A stretch of DNA of 51,711 nucleotides, counting the filler, from Sphacelaria rigidula (Eukaryota), in NCBI GenBank assembly GCA_964200075.2. It is 4 parts of 4 records of this genome, joined end to end, with 100 filler letters (N's around TTAATTAATTAA, not from the genome) between each part and the next. Parts side by side here need not be neighbours in the genome. Positions count along the whole stretch, not along the records: positions 1 to 12,854 come from CAXNAA020003356.1; 3 more parts are not named here. One strand, 5' to 3'. Of the stretch, positions 1 through 11,384 are shown piece by piece. Positions within the stretch are counted from its first letter, which is position 1. Every line of letters begins with the position of its first letter. The notes beneath the pieces are model-generated. The model was given only the letters and a program-made list of their open reading frames with translations, made no database searches and was not told the origin of the DNA. The translations under genes were made by a program, and so were the position numbers.

Positions 1-1017
1 GTTGTCATCGAGCTATCTGCGTTTGGATGGCGTTAGCGAGGTACGAAGCAAATTGGGAAAAGGTTTCGAGTGGGGGGAAGGGGGGGGGGGGGTTCGCTCC
101 GACGGGACCTGTCCCCAACAGCGGCAGACGGTGAACGCTCGGGAGAGGAGGGTACACTCTGGTACTCTTGGCAAACTGTGCGTTGTTATTGGCCTGATCG
201 GTGCCAAGGCGTCCATTTGAGAAAAGAAACGCGTGGCGTGCCACGTCCCGGTGCAAAAGTACCCCCTGTATCCCAGGAACCCGGGTGTCGTGAAAAACGG
301 GTAAAAGTCTTCATGTACAGTATGCAGATGCAAATATGAAAAAAGGCGTGTGAGAGGTGGCGACCCCTATTCGTCAACCATCATCAAGCCAAATTCGTAT
401 TGCCTAGATGAGACCCCCCTCTGTACCGTATATGTATGTAATAGCTATGATAGAGCAGCGTTATCACTTGCTTCAAGTACAGCAGCGTGTCGGATTTATG
501 ACATGTGATTCTGATCGTAGTGTAGCGGGATACCGCACTATAGAGGATCGACCGCACTATAGCAGGACCTCGACTGTACGGGTAGGCGAAGGTGCACATG
601 GCCCCCGAGGTCGCGCAATCTCGGGACAGGCTCGTAACCCGAGGGTGGCATTTGCGTGGTGAGCGCGCGCGCGCGGGGAGGGGGTTCTGCTGTCCTACAT
701 TACACAAAATAGCACCGTGAATACCGACGTAGTTTCAAAATTACCCAGAAATTAATCACCAACGGGTAACACTCTGTGTGGTGTTTTGATACGTGCCTGA
801 TACGTGAGACCTTTACCCTTCAAATAGCAATCGTACTTGTGATTGGCGAGTTGACTGCACTAAAATGGGACCCTTACAGTATACTCTGTACTCCTTACAG
901 CGAAATGACTTGAGCGCAGGATGGCGACTCGGACTTCGTTTCCAGCGATTTTTTGACTGCACTGTGGTGTGTGCACTACACTGTAAGGAGGCCCCAACGT
1001 GGAGACTCTCGTCGTAC

Positions 1018-1142
1018 CTTCTAACGGTTCCCGCGTCCTTTCCGTTGATGCTTACACACAGCGCCCCTGGCTTGCATACAAACCCGAACTGCATTCCCTT
1101 TTTCGCGGCTCCTTCTTTACCCACGGCCTTCAACAGCATGTC
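1018..1142 (-). CDS. Internal exon of a chalcone-isomerase-fold (CHI-like / fatty-acid-binding) protein
   Basis: The exon is bounded by tttgcag|GAC and AGAAG|gtacg and is 125 nt with an open frame. It encodes DMLLKAVGKEGAAKKGMQFGFVCKPGALCVSINGKDAGTVR, which matches the C-terminal 'KG..i.F...l.vsvnG...G.i' pattern of CHI-like domains. The other exons were not found. Confidence 0.65.
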
Positions 1143-1192
1143 CTGCAAACACAGTGCAGAAGATCGATTTTGTTTGACTGATCGACTGATTG

Positions 1193-1420
1193 ACTACCCG
1201 TGATTGTGCAAGCCATCGCACACCCCCTTGACCGAATTTCGAAGCTCGATTACTCCATGACGAAGAGGGTACCAACACCAAACGACGTGTTTTCGGACAG
1301 CTGTCGACGAGATCTTTCCAGCGCCACCCTTTTCAGAACTGATGCTCTTCTTGTTGTCGAGTATTCGAGCTTTGAAATTCGGTCCAGGGGGTGTGCGATG
1401 ACTCGCACAAATACGGTAGT
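1193..1420. mobile_element. MITE-like element with ~50-60 bp terminal inverted repeats
   Basis: catcgcacacccccttgaccgaatttcgaagctcgattactc (from 1214) is the reverse complement of 1359-1400 with 3 mismatches. Weaker complementarity extends outward. Confidence 0.75.
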
Positions 1421-2042
1421 TGGTCGTCGCACATCAACTAATCCCTGAAGGATCCATCTGTGGTCATTATCCACGAGAGATTACGTACCCAAGGTAAGCG
1501 AAAACAGAAACACTTACTCGCTGAATGCAAATACAAAATAGTCATGTACAGAGACGAACACATTTCAAGAATGATTCAAGAAAAAGAGAGGGGGAGGGGG
1601 GGGGGGGGTTGGACGGGGGGTAAGAGAAGAAAAAAAAGCCTTTCGTGAGGGAGAGACGAGGGTACATTTTTCGAGTTTGTTTTGAACAGAGTGGTTTTCT
1701 TGTGCTTTTCCGTCTCTTTACGGTGGATTCGCCCATATGCTATGGCCACTGATCAGGCTTGATTCGTCCGTGCCGGGTCAGTGAATTCAGGGCAATCAGG
1801 TCATCCTTGACGAGAATTTGACTTTTTTTTGGTTGGATTATTTTATTTCTGGGACGTTTGATAACACAGTTTCTATGTCCGTAACAGGAAATCTCGTCAC
1901 TACGTGCCTTGGACACTACGCATCACACCTCACGGAGGGAGTCTACGTATGGAAAGTGCATTTTCCTGACTTCCTAGGCTCCTTAGTTCCGAGAACAACC
2001 TCTGGACAAAAACCCGATTGGAAAGGGAAAATAAAGCTAAAC

Positions 2043-2895
2043 AGACAAAATCGGGCATACTCTGCGGGTCAAGAAATAAAACGAGTAGCGTACGTTTCGC
2101 TTTCGGGGCGCAGCGCTGCACGCGGGCTGAGCACCTCAAAAACACTTTCCCGTGCCTCAGCCCCACGCCCAACGGGCTTGTGCAGCATACCCAACGTCTT
2201 TTTTCTTTTCCGAACATGACAGCAGCCTTGGCGAGGGCGGAGAAAAACGAGCTTGTAAGAGCAACCTATTTTGTCAACAAACCAGCAGGGTTCACCCGTC
2301 TATCGACGACAAATTAAATCACACCCCATTTCGTTCATGTTCTTACAATTTCAAGTCCACGTGGATACCCTTTTGGGTTTAACGGTGACCCTACCGCGGG
2401 CTCCGTAGAAGATACGCCGAACAGTCACCAACATACGCTGTTGTGTCAAATTACACTTTGCCGAAAAAGCGAAAATCCCCACGACAATGAGATCATCGCC
2501 CGCTTCTGGTTGACCCGCAGACCCAAAAGATCCGACGACGTGTGCAGGGCGCGGACGCTCATGTGCGGGAGATCACAAAGATCTAGAGATATTTGAAAAG
2601 TCTTGCCGTCACATACCCGCACGCCATCATGTGGAGGATCAGAGCGCAGCGGAATCTGAGGTTGTGGATCAGAACGACTCGCTACCATATGCAGCTGTTT
2701 GCGACCGGGTTGCAGTACAGGACGAATCGCATTATGCATACTCGGATGTACTGCTGAGGAAGCACACTATATTTTTAGTACAAAATTGTCAGATTATCGA
2801 GAGGAGCAAAGCACCACGTGCCACAGCGGAGTGCACCACGTCGGTGCTCCTTACGAGCGATTTTATGCAGCCGCGGGGCAGCGCCTCTGGACCGT
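2043..2895 (+). repeat. Long dispersed repeat, copy 1 (candidate MULE long TIR)
   Basis: It starts agacaaaatcggg and is colinear with 3855-4640 and with the reverse complement of ~7690-8262. Confidence 0.8.
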
Positions 2896-2907
2896 CATTC
2901 CTGCAGG

Positions 2908-3265
2908 TGGACGACCTCAAAAAAAGAGCCTCGTTATCCACAGTAGCTGATTTGAGGACGGCAACTGAGTATGTCCTCCTTTCGCAAGGCTGCACAATGG
3001 TGAGCGACGGACGATTGACAAGCAAGAGTAACCTATACTGTTGCGCTAGATGCATCGTCAAGGAGGGCGAGAACGGATCACACGGTGCCAGGTCCTTGTG
3101 CGCGCATACGAGCAGAGAACTAAGGAATGGGTCATCAGCGGGCCATCACCGAGTGCTACTTCACCCCTGAAAACTGCACGGGTGGAGAGAAAAAGCCCAG
3201 CCTCGGTGCTCTGGCAGCGCAAGGAGCGGTGGGGGCGAACGCCAACCGCAAGATCACTCCGGCAG
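2908..3265 (+). pseudogene. MULE transposase relic, N-terminal WRKY/GCM1-like zinc-finger region
   Basis: After cctgcag| the frameshifted translation reads VDDLKKRASL...LYCCARC...RCQVLVRAYEQRTKEWVIS...CYFTPENCTGG. This resembles the 'C...vrA...W.I...H.C' DNA-binding module of MuDR/FAR1 transposases. Confidence 0.45.
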
Positions 3266-3371
3266 TGTAACACGTGCAACTTCCAAACCCTTGTTTCATG
3301 TCAACGCGTACTTCGCAATAATGTGGAATCAATGTGTGCCTTTGCTGTATGCAGAAAAGACGCTTCGGTGT

Positions 3372-3373
<2 letters not shown>

Positions 3374-3408
<35 letters not shown>
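3374..3408. repeat. (GT)n microsatellite
   Basis: Read directly from the sequence. Confidence 0.95.
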
Positions 3409-3410
<2 letters not shown>

Positions 3411-3635
3411 GCTTGAACAACATCTGGAAAGGGGGGGTGCGCGAGCGGGAGGGGGTGTCACATCCCGTTACTTTCTCCAAGATATGCTCTCAACACCAAC
3501 GTACTCTTTAAAACACCGAGCATGCTTCGAAGCACATACAACACGGCTTTGCATTACAGTTGAACAATGTGTACCTGTGAATAGAGGAAGGCAGGGTAGA
3601 GCAAGCTCGAAATTAAGCTACACAAAAAGAGAACC

Positions 3636-3812
3636 ACTTGACGAATAAGCGTCCCGCTCTTCGTTTGGCTTTGCACCTCTATGTTCACGAGCGTTCCCTG
3701 ACTGTTCTCTGCAAGCTCTACAAGTTTGTTCAGGTGGCTGCCGATCTTCTGGTATCTTCCGTTCAAAGCCTGCTCGCTCACACCGACGATTCAACGCTTG
3801 AGACAGGTGGTC
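3636..3812 (-). pseudogene. Possible MULE transposase fragment (inverted relative to its neighbours)
   Basis: EQALNGRYQKIGSHLNKLVELAENSQGTLVNIEVQ resembles the 'Y..l..yl..l...NpGt.v.ie' segment that precedes the MULE DDE core. Confidence 0.35.
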
Positions 3813-3854
3813 CTGTGTGCTTTGCGAGACCCGGCGAAGTGATCATTATGTACA

Positions 3855-4890
3855 AGACAAAATCGGGTATAATCTGTGGCTATAGGAACAGAAGAGGGTA
3901 GCGCACTTTTCGCTTCGGGGGCAACACTGCACGCGGGTTGAGAACCTCTTGAACACGTTCCAGCGCCTCAGTCCCACGCCCAACGGGCTTGGGCATCATG
4001 CCTACGTTCTTTTCCTACACATAACGACAAGCTGTGCCAGGGCGCGGAAAAGGCGAGCTTGCCACGGCACCCTATTTCATCAACAAACCAACAGGGTACA
4101 CCCGACTCTCAGCTGCAAAATTCCATCATACCCTCTCTTGTTCATTCGCGTTCCCTTTTTATGCGAACGTGCATACCCTGCTGTGTTCAATGGTGACTTT
4201 ACCGAGGGTCTCGCAGAGTATACCCTGAGGAGTCATTGAATACGCTTTTTTGTCAAATTACACCATCCCGAAAAGGTCGAAAAGCCGGAAAAGACCGATC
4301 AAGAACTTATGCCCTACTGCTGTTGTCCCGTAGACTCAAGAGATCCCAAGATGTCTGAATAGTATCGACGGCACACACACACACCCGGACGTTATCATGT
4401 GAACGATCGGAGCGTAGCGGGATTTTGCGGTTCGTGGATCGGGACGAATCGTTACCGACCGCATTGCAGTACTGTACGAACGGACTACGCATAATCAGAT
4501 GTGCTGCTGAGGAAGTACAATGCAAATATCAAGATTATCGAGAGCAGCAATGCACCACGATACCACAGCGCAGAGGAACCATGTCGGTGCCGCTCAAGAT
4601 GGTATGCAGCAGCGCGGCGCCGCCGCCAGACTTTCATCACACCACAAATTATTCACCCCGGCCATCCCCCCACAGAAAAAAGAGACACACGGGTGGCCGC
4701 TGGTACACATCATCCGCGTGTTAGAGCATCTCCAAGTTATGGTACGTTATGGATGAGTTTAAAGACATGAGAACAGGATAAAATCGGGTTGTAATCGCAC
4801 GCGTTGTTGCGTCGTGTAACCAGTCTACACCCGACTATACCGTAGGACATGTTTTTTGCAACCCGGTTCACGTTGTACGCATGCTGTTGA
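3855..4890 (+). repeat. Long dispersed repeat, copy 2
   Basis: It has the same start (agacaaaatcggg) as copy 1 and shares an extra ~250 bp with copy 3 that copy 1 lacks. Confidence 0.8.
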
Positions 4891-4907
4891 CGAAGGGAGA
4901 GGAGCAC

Positions 4908-5120
4908 GGAACGGTGGGGACCATCACGTCCAAGGACGCAGGCAATTGCCTCGTCCATGCTGCAAAGTGCATCATCGACAAGGAGAGCGGCGACTGTACC
5001 GCTACATGATGAGCAACGCGTTCAAGTTCCTGTCGCTGGCGAGCATCCTCGACAGTCCCACCATCAACTTTTTCACTGATAAGCATAAGGGTGCGGGTGC
5101 GGGTGCGGCCGTCCTCGATC
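4908..5120 (+). pseudogene. MULE transposase DDE-core fragment
   Basis: The translation is GTVGTITSKDAGNCLVHAAKCIIDKESGD / frameshift / YRYMMSNAFKFLSLASILDSPTINFFTDKHKG. It matches the MULE pattern 'D.n..i.p.A.aiv..E...w.wfl...isDrhkG'. Confidence 0.65.
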
Positions 5121-5339
5121 CCTTTCGAAATGGAAACACTTCTGGTGACTGGAGCACCTCCTCAAGAACGGGGGCGCTGTCGGGCCGGTGAATAGAACAC
5201 TATCCAACACGGTGGTTTGCGCGTATGGTTCAATATTGAGGCTTCTACGACAGGTCATGCGTGTTTCGTCGTCGCCTGTAATCACGATAGGCAAATACCA
5301 GATCGGTTTCCCACAGGACGATCAGGGGGGGAGTGTTGT

Positions 5340-5797
5340 TTGTGGTATATTAGAGTTCCATTGGCACAGGATAACCGTGGTCAGTGTTTCGGCTAACATG
5401 AAGCTCTAGTTTGTAGCCTGGGTAACTCCGCGCAACATACATAGAAGGTCGATGTTGTAACCTGTAAGTCAAGCACTGTTCTGAATGTACTCCTCCACCC
5501 TTCGCCAGGACCACGTTGTCGACACTGACTCCAGGCGTGCTCCCATGCCCGCGAATGCGTGTGCCTTTTCGCATTCGTGGTTGCATATGCTCATCATTTG
5601 CAGCACAGCCGGCACCTCTTTTACCAGGCCACTAGGGCGATGAACAAGGAATCCTTCTCGTACCACATGGACATGATCAATAGCCTCAACCTCAAGGCCT
5701 ACGATACTCGCCAGAAGATTTGAGCAATGCATACCACCCATGGCCACGTCGTCCAATATCAGGTCAGCTCAAGTGTGTCGGAGGCGACGGACCACCT
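5340..5797 (-). pseudogene. Possible MULE C-terminal / SWIM-region relic (inverted)
   Basis: The region is heavily frameshifted. 'CSNLLASI' resembles TsN.aEs, and 'HGYP(C)' resembles the SWIM 'GiPC.H' motif. Confidence 0.3.
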
Positions 5798-5959
5798 GGT
5801 CGGCTCCGAGGTGGGCAGAAGATATTATTTTTCGACTACCTTGAGGGAGTTCACAAAGTGCTGCTGCCTTATGTAGGTATCCTCTAATCCTTTTGTTGAT
5901 GCAAGGTGACGAAAAATGGTGCAGATATACCTTCTTCCCTCCCATGTATTAGTAGGAGT

Positions 5960-7015
5960 ATTACTTCTGCACATTAGTCCGATCTTTCGAACGCGTGGTC
6001 ACAGACGTAGGATAGTTTTTCCAATACCGTCCCTGCTATTCCAAACGACAAACAGAGTTCTCGTATCTTATGCTGAGACTCCAGCCTAATTACAATCAAC
6101 CGAATGTTACCAAAATGAAGATAAGAAGATAGACACCGAGGAAACAGGTGAGAAATAGCTTCCTGGAGTTCATCGGGATAAACGGGGAAGCAGCTTTAGA
6201 TCTGCTGAAAATCTCACCGCATAAAAAGGGAAGAACAAGAAAAGGCAGATGACAAATGGGAATTAGCATGGCCGACAAACGAGGGTCAACTCGGCAACCC
6301 CAGGCCCCCTCATAGACAACTACCACAGACGGCAGATGCATGATCGAGTGTACGACGCGATGGGCTACCGGGTTACTTTCAGGAGGTCCTCGGTAGGCAC
6401 TGGGTAAACTCCAGTGGTAGTCCTGCAAACAGTTTCTGAGCATGGCGTGCTTTGGCCTAGGCTGCCATGTACATCTTAGCCCCCTCCTCTACGACTCGGC
6501 ACCATTCAGACACATCTCGGGCAACCTGCGTCCACGACGTCGCGTTCATTCCGAAGTGAGAGCGGTATTCCGTGATACAGTGTTGGAAGCGTCTTGCTGG
6601 TCGGCCTGCATTTGTCTTCCCTTTAACCATCACTTCATACATGGCGATGTTGGGAAGGCGTTCATCGTGCATACGCACAACCCGGCCGGGGTGTAGGAGG
6701 GTTCGCTTCACCACTGTGGCCTTGATGCACTCACATCTAATTATTTCAGGGGCCTCGTGATATAGCAGCATGTGGTGGTCAGGGGCGCAGCGGCTTGAGG
6801 TATGCTTATTGAGGCACCTCAGCAGGAAACCTCGGTGGGTCTCCCGTAACGCGCCGATATTGTCGTGTGCGATTGTCCAGGTCACACAGCCGCACAGCAT
6901 CACCTCGATCATCCAAGTCTTCAGGAGACGAAAGTCGGTGAAGATTAGGGCCTGAACTACGTCGTATGGGCACGGCCGGCGTACACCCGGCGGGAAGCAC
7001 GCACCAGCCCATCAA
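5960..7015 (-). mobile_element. 5'-truncated, decayed RTE-clade LINE (ORF C-terminus plus 3' UTR)
   Basis: ORF 6457-6912 (IEVMLCGCVTWT...LLRCL...RMHDERLPNI...GRP) is homologous to the C-terminus of the RT ORF ending at 32684. It is the same family as 39145-40135. Confidence 0.85.
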
Positions 7016-7399
7016 TATAAAGGGTACAAGGATATTACCATGCAATTTTCAGTCCTATGTTGGTTATTTTGGGTCTTGATAATGGTCTTTGTTTCGCCTT
7101 GATTTCGCGTGTCAAATGGGAGCGTTGGGCTCCATCCCCATAAGTCCGGATGGTCGCCCGTGGCACCGGATGTTCCGGGCGTCATTACCTCTTCTTTTTT
7201 ATTGACTCGGGCTTGTGGTGATGTTTTGGCGTCCAATCTTTTTGTTTAGTCGATTACCTTACACCTTACTCTGGGTACGTAATCTGAGGCAAAGAAAGGC
7301 GTCTGCATCAGATACCCAGTGAGGAATTAATAAGGTAATGCGCAGGTATCGGAAGGGTTATTAATGTGAAAAAATCAACAACAACAACAACCTGACCGA

Positions 7400-8262
7400 G
7401 GGTATATGCCTTGGGTTGTGGTTGTCGGCGACGGCATGCGTACAGCATGAGCCGGGCTGCAAAACACATTTCCATCATTATAGTCGCGTATATACTGGCG
7501 ACACGACGATACAACGCGTGCGATCCCAACACGCTTTCATTCTGTGCGCACTTCCCTGAAGCCATCCACGATGCCCCATATCGTAGAAATGCTCCAAAAT
7601 GCGGATAACGTGTACCAGCGGTCATCCTCGCGTCTCCTCTTTCGTGGGGGGATGACCGGGGTGAAACGTTTTGCGGTTTGAGGAAGGGCTGACGGTGCTG
7701 TCGCCCTGCTACACCGCATCATTCGTGACGAGCATTGACATGGTTCCACTGCGCTATGGCACGTGGTGCTTTGCTCCTCTCGACAATGTGAAATATTCGC
7801 AATACTTTCCGTCGGCAGTACACCCCATAATGCGTAGTCCGATCCGTACGGTACTGCAATCCGGTCGCTCACGGCGGCATATGGTGACAACTCATCCCGA
7901 CCCACAAACCGCAGATCCCGCTACGCTCTATTAATAGTCCCGATGCCACATGATGACGTGCGGGCGGCCGTGCGGGCAAGCTTTTTCACACATCTCTGGA
8001 TATTTGTGATGTCCTCCACATGAGCGTTCGCGCCCTGGCACATCTTCGAATCTTTTGGGTCTCTGCAGGGCAACCAGCAGCAGGTCATAAATTCTTGGTC
8101 GTTGGGTTTTTGGGACTCCACGGCAAGGTGTAATTTGACAAAACAGGGTATATTTGGGATCGTTCAGCGTATCCTCTGCGGACCCCCCGGTAGGGTCACC
8201 ATGGAACAAAACAAAGTATGCACGTGAACATAAAAGGGAAGAAAATGAACAAAACAGGGTAC
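7400..8262 (-). repeat. Long dispersed repeat, copy 3 (inverted; interrupted by an LTR element at 8263)
   Basis: Its reverse complement aligns with ~4130-4890 and ~2330-2890. Confidence 0.8.
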
Positions 8263-8590
8263 TGTAAGGAAGGCGTATCGCTAGAGTAGTCAGAGACCTA
8301 CGGGGGGAGACTGCCGGCCTGATGCCGAAGGAACTCCGAGGCTGGCGATGATTTCCTTTTGTATATGTAGGCAAGAAGGGGGTCAGACGAGAAGTGGGCA
8401 CCAGAGGCGACCCAGACCTTGGGGGATGTTGGACCGTCTTATATTAGGCTGTTCAGTTGCGTCGGCATTACAGGGTCCTCGGTGATCTGGTCCTTCCGGA
8501 ACGTTGCTACCTCGTCCCTGCTTGCGCTGGGTCTGTACACATGTGTGACATCAGTTTCTGATATGTCACTGCAAAGAGATATCTCCCACA
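8263..8590 (-). repeat. Putative 3' LTR
   Basis: It has TGT...ACA ends and an adjacent PPT at 8591-8604. Its left edge coincides with the break in repeat copy 3. There is no partner LTR in the contig. Confidence 0.55.
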
Positions 8591-8880
8591 TATCCCTCCC
8601 CTTTACGCGCCTCTAGCCCATCGAGGCTATGGCTGGTGGGACGAGGCGATCATCAGCTTCGCTGATGATATAATTATGGAGGTTTCTTTGGGTGACAATC
8701 ATTGATTGAGTCACGCCACCACTAATCGCAAAGGTAGCCCTTCTCTATACTGTGGTATTGAGCAAACACCCCCGGTAAATTTTAGCTACATTTGGTCAGT
8801 AACAGTGCATGTATTCCAAACCCTCCAATTTTGTTTCCGTCATGTAGCTGTCATATGTGACATGTTTCCTTCAGATATAT

Positions 8881-9700
8881 TTGCACTTGGGTGCTAGTTG
8901 CATCCGCTGGTATGCGTGACTGGGCACTGGGACACTGATCGGTCCACGGGCGCCTGGGTTATTCCTGCCCGGGTTCTGGGATGCCTTCGGTTCCGCGGAC
9001 ACCTGAGTAGGCTTGAGTCTCGGGTTAGTAACAAGGCGGTGTTGACGATACATGAATGTTTTTTATTCTTTCCTGGGAGCATTGTGCTCGTTTCGCTAAA
9101 CACCGTCAAAATGACCTTCGCTTCTTGTATTGTGTCAAATAGATGCATCATGTGTGACACAATTTAGATGGGATGCTTTTTGCACTTTGGTGCAGGCTGC
9201 ATCAGTTAGGTATACCTGACTAGGCACTGGGACACCGACTGGTCCACGGGCGCTTGAGGTATTACTGCCCGGGTTCTGGGATACCTCTGGTTCTACTGAC
9301 ACCGAAGTATAGGACAAAGTCCTCGCGATAGTACCAAAGCGGTGGGTCTGATGTTTATCTTGCGAGCATTGTGCTCTTTGGTGAAACATCGACATGTTAT
9401 TTGCTTCGTATCATTTTGTGGCATATACGTGTGTCCCATGTGATAATCCACAAGGTGCGTTGCACTTTGGTGCTGGATGCATCTGCTGTTTCTACATGCC
9501 TGGGCACTATGACACTGATCGGTCCATGGGCGCCTGGGTTTTTCATGTCCGGGTTCTGGGATACCTTCGGTTCCACTGACACCTGGATAGTACAACGTCC
9601 CCGTGTTAGTAACAAAGCGGTGCATACGATGTTTTCGGCGTGTGAGCGTTGTGCTTTCTTGTCTACCCATCGTCAAAATGATCAGCACTACCGCGATTGC
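8881..9700. repeat. Diverged tandem repeat, 3 units of ~280-300 bp
   Basis: Units begin ttgcactt(g/t)ggtgc at 8881, 9180 and 9460 and share gggttctgggat and aa(g/a)gcggtg. Confidence 0.9.
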
Positions 9701-9825
9701 TGAGAGGCTATATTCCTTGGGAAGTTGCACTCCAGTCACCGTTGGCACGATGGATATTTTTCCGTTCATGTCTGCATTGTTCTAACCTAACGTCGTTTTT
9801 GTTTTCTTCTCTTGTGACTCTCCTT

Positions 9826-10280
9826 GATCTCCGAATTTTGACCCCGGGCGACTGCCCAACCCTTGAGCGCTTTGCTAGAACGCTTGAACATTCTGTTGAA
9901 CAATCACATCCGTTTCCGTTACTTTTGGATTTCGACTTCGGATGTGAGCGCTTTGCTAACCCGATGTCATGACGGTATATATCGAGGATGTGTCTACTTT
10001 GTGATGTTTCGTCAGCTCGATAGGTTAGGTCAGCTGCTGGGCTGTATCTTTTGAGTCTCAATAATCTCCGAATTTTGACCTCAGGTTACTGCTCAACCCT
10101 TGAGCGTTTTGCTAGAACGTTCAAACAGTCTGTTAAACAGTCACATCCGTTTCCGTTTCCCTGTAGCTTTGGATTCCGAGTCCGGATGTGAGCATTCAGC
10201 TAACCCTTTATCAAAGTACGGTGCTGAGCAATTCTGCGGTAGGACAGGTCAGCCGCTGGGCTGTAGCCCTGGAGTCTCAA
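9826..10280. repeat. Diverged tandem repeat, 2 units of ~237 bp
   Basis: atctccgaattttgacc occurs at ~9827 and ~10064, with shared cacatccgtttccgtt. Confidence 0.9.
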
Positions 10281-11189
10281 CAGATATTGATCGTTGTAAC
10301 GACTTCTCCGACCTGGGCCTGGCGCGTGATCCACCACTTTTTTGACAGCGTAACGTTCTTTTGTAGGCAACGTTTCGTGTGGTTGGTCTCTCTGGTAGAG
10401 GTTTTTTGTTTGTCTAGGAACAACTCGCTCGATTTATCGGCATCTGACACGGGTGATGTTTCCCGCGGGTGATATTTCTTCAAGGGAGCGGGATGTACTG
10501 ACATTTGTTTAGAGTCATCGCCTATTTTGATTATGTACACAACCGGCGATCGTCTCTCGGTTATCATGAAAGGTCCCCGCCATGGCAAATTGGAGTTTCG
10601 GGCTCGGCCTTCCTGAATCCTGGTATGGTGGGTACACGAGTACCTTGTGGTCGGGTTTGAACACCGGGATACATTTGAATTTGTTTGTTTCTTACTCGTT
10701 CGCTCTTTTCTCATAGGGCGTGTCTCGCAATTTCACACCCAGACTGTAGGTTTTCCCGTGTTTCTTTGAAAAATTATTCGGGTGTTGCTGCTTGGGTCGT
10801 TAATTGAAACGCAGCTTTCCCGGGAAGACAAATGAAGTAAAGACTGTCAAAAAGAGTTTTTTTGTGAGGTGGTCCACTACGGACAGTACATATTTAGTAC
10901 TCCAGCTTTTGACATCGAAGTTGCTCTTCATTTGACTGAGTTTGCCGGCGCTCTTTCGTATAGCCGCCCTCCCATGACGTGTCCCATCGGCACATTCTGG
11001 TCGGTTGACTGACAGCTCTCGGTCGCTTTGAACTGGCTTCAAACAGTCTATTTTCTTAGTTGATATTCGACGGTGATCTGCGGCTCAGCTATTTGCAGCA
11101 CATGGTATTTTGGCACGTTACCACATAGTTGTAGTAGCGTAAACAGTCGTGCGGGCGTCCGGAATAACATGAACTTCCTCCGGCTTTTT

Positions 11190-11335
11190 GTCTCTCATCA
11201 TTATCATGAAATTTTCCCGGGGATTTCATGTGGGCACAACAGGTTGGTCATTTGTACTATTCCTGACGGGGATTGAACCCCCACGACTAACTTTTGTGAC
11301 GGTTCAAGAGACAACCAACTAGACTGCTGACCAGT
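11190..11335 (-). mobile_element. tRNA-derived SINE head inserted in the Gypsy relic
   Basis: The minus strand reads gtctagttggtt (A-box-like) ... cgtcaca ... ggggttcaatccccgtcagga (B-box and T-arm), resembling tRNA-Asp. No proper cloverleaf can be folded. Confidence 0.55.
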
Positions 11336-11384
11336 CAGCGCTGACTGGTCAGCAGTCTAGTTGGTTGTCTCTTGAACCGTCACA
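11295..11384. repeat. Perfect 90-bp loopless palindrome
   Basis: The arms are 45 bp, with the centre at agc|gct (11339/11340). Confidence 0.97.

Noticed and set aside
70..130. 'GQVPSE' as a second LRR exon
   Set aside because: It runs into a poly-C tract and has no LxxLxLxxN pattern or 72-nt exon.
11255..11335. tRNA-Asp-like gene on the minus strand
   Set aside because: It has A/B-box-like motifs, but the acceptor and anticodon stems do not pair properly, so it is treated as a SINE head.
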